From IMG/VR virus record IMGVR_UViG_3300017784_003136, positions 1-24,402 of that record: a stretch of 24,402 nucleotides of DNA; one strand, written 5' to 3'. Position 1 is the stretch's first letter. Each line of letters begins with the position of its first letter. Source of the stretch: a virus (lineage: Duplodnaviria; Caudoviricetes). This document shows, piece by piece, positions 24,348-24,402 of this stretch. The position numbers and the translations under genes are program-made. The notes beneath the pieces were generated by a model that was given only the letters and a program-made list of their open reading frames with translations, was not told the origin of the DNA and did no database searches.

Positions 24348-24402
24348 TTGGAACGTAGAGGACTGTGTTGGTCGTGAAGATTGGTCGGATCGTGACCATG
24401 CA
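24337..24402 (+). CDS. Hypothetical protein, 5' fragment (MSLNWNVEDC...)
   Basis: AGGAGGT upstream; open to the window end. Confidence 0.6.
   Translation, partial: MSLNWNVEDCVGREDWSDRDHA

Noticed and set aside
1-24402. Alternative genetic code, tRNA genes, integrase/att or IS elements
   Set aside because: Genes tile densely under code 11 using all three stops. I saw no cloverleaf, recombinase or transposase motif, by eye only.

Overview
Fragment of a tailed dsDNA bacteriophage genome (or a prophage; no host genes, integrase or att site are visible), read with genetic code 11. There are two divergent arms around a mostly non-coding region at about 14850-15580. The minus arm (14844 to 1) is a virion/packaging module. 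In transcription order it holds small ORFs, a beta-solenoid fibre/adhesin-like protein, an ADP-ribosyltransferase-like ORF, scaffold, major capsid, a decoration-like protein, two Pro-rich proteins, a glycosyltransferase-methyltransferase fusion, a TerS candidate, TerL and a portal. The portal runs off the window edge and is missing from the ORF track. The plus arm (15581 onward) is a dense array of short early-type genes, including a GP88-like protein, several Zn-ribbon ORFs and a degenerate phosphoribosyltransferase. A Planctomycetota/PVC host is my guess from recalled protein styles, not something shown here. The most notable unexplained patterns are: (1) a shared N-terminal [DE]-x-[ILV]-[RQ]-x-[LMI] helix on five otherwise unrelated head-module proteins, a candidate capsid-cargo tag; (2) a four-copy dyad element YAKAC-N9-GTMTA at the heads of early gene blocks; (3) three dispersed paralogs with DWxxH-x6-L-x3-FPxL; (4) twin covarying 17-bp hairpins; (5) repeated 18-nt gene-junction sequences. 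All functional calls come from motif recognition by eye; no searches were run.
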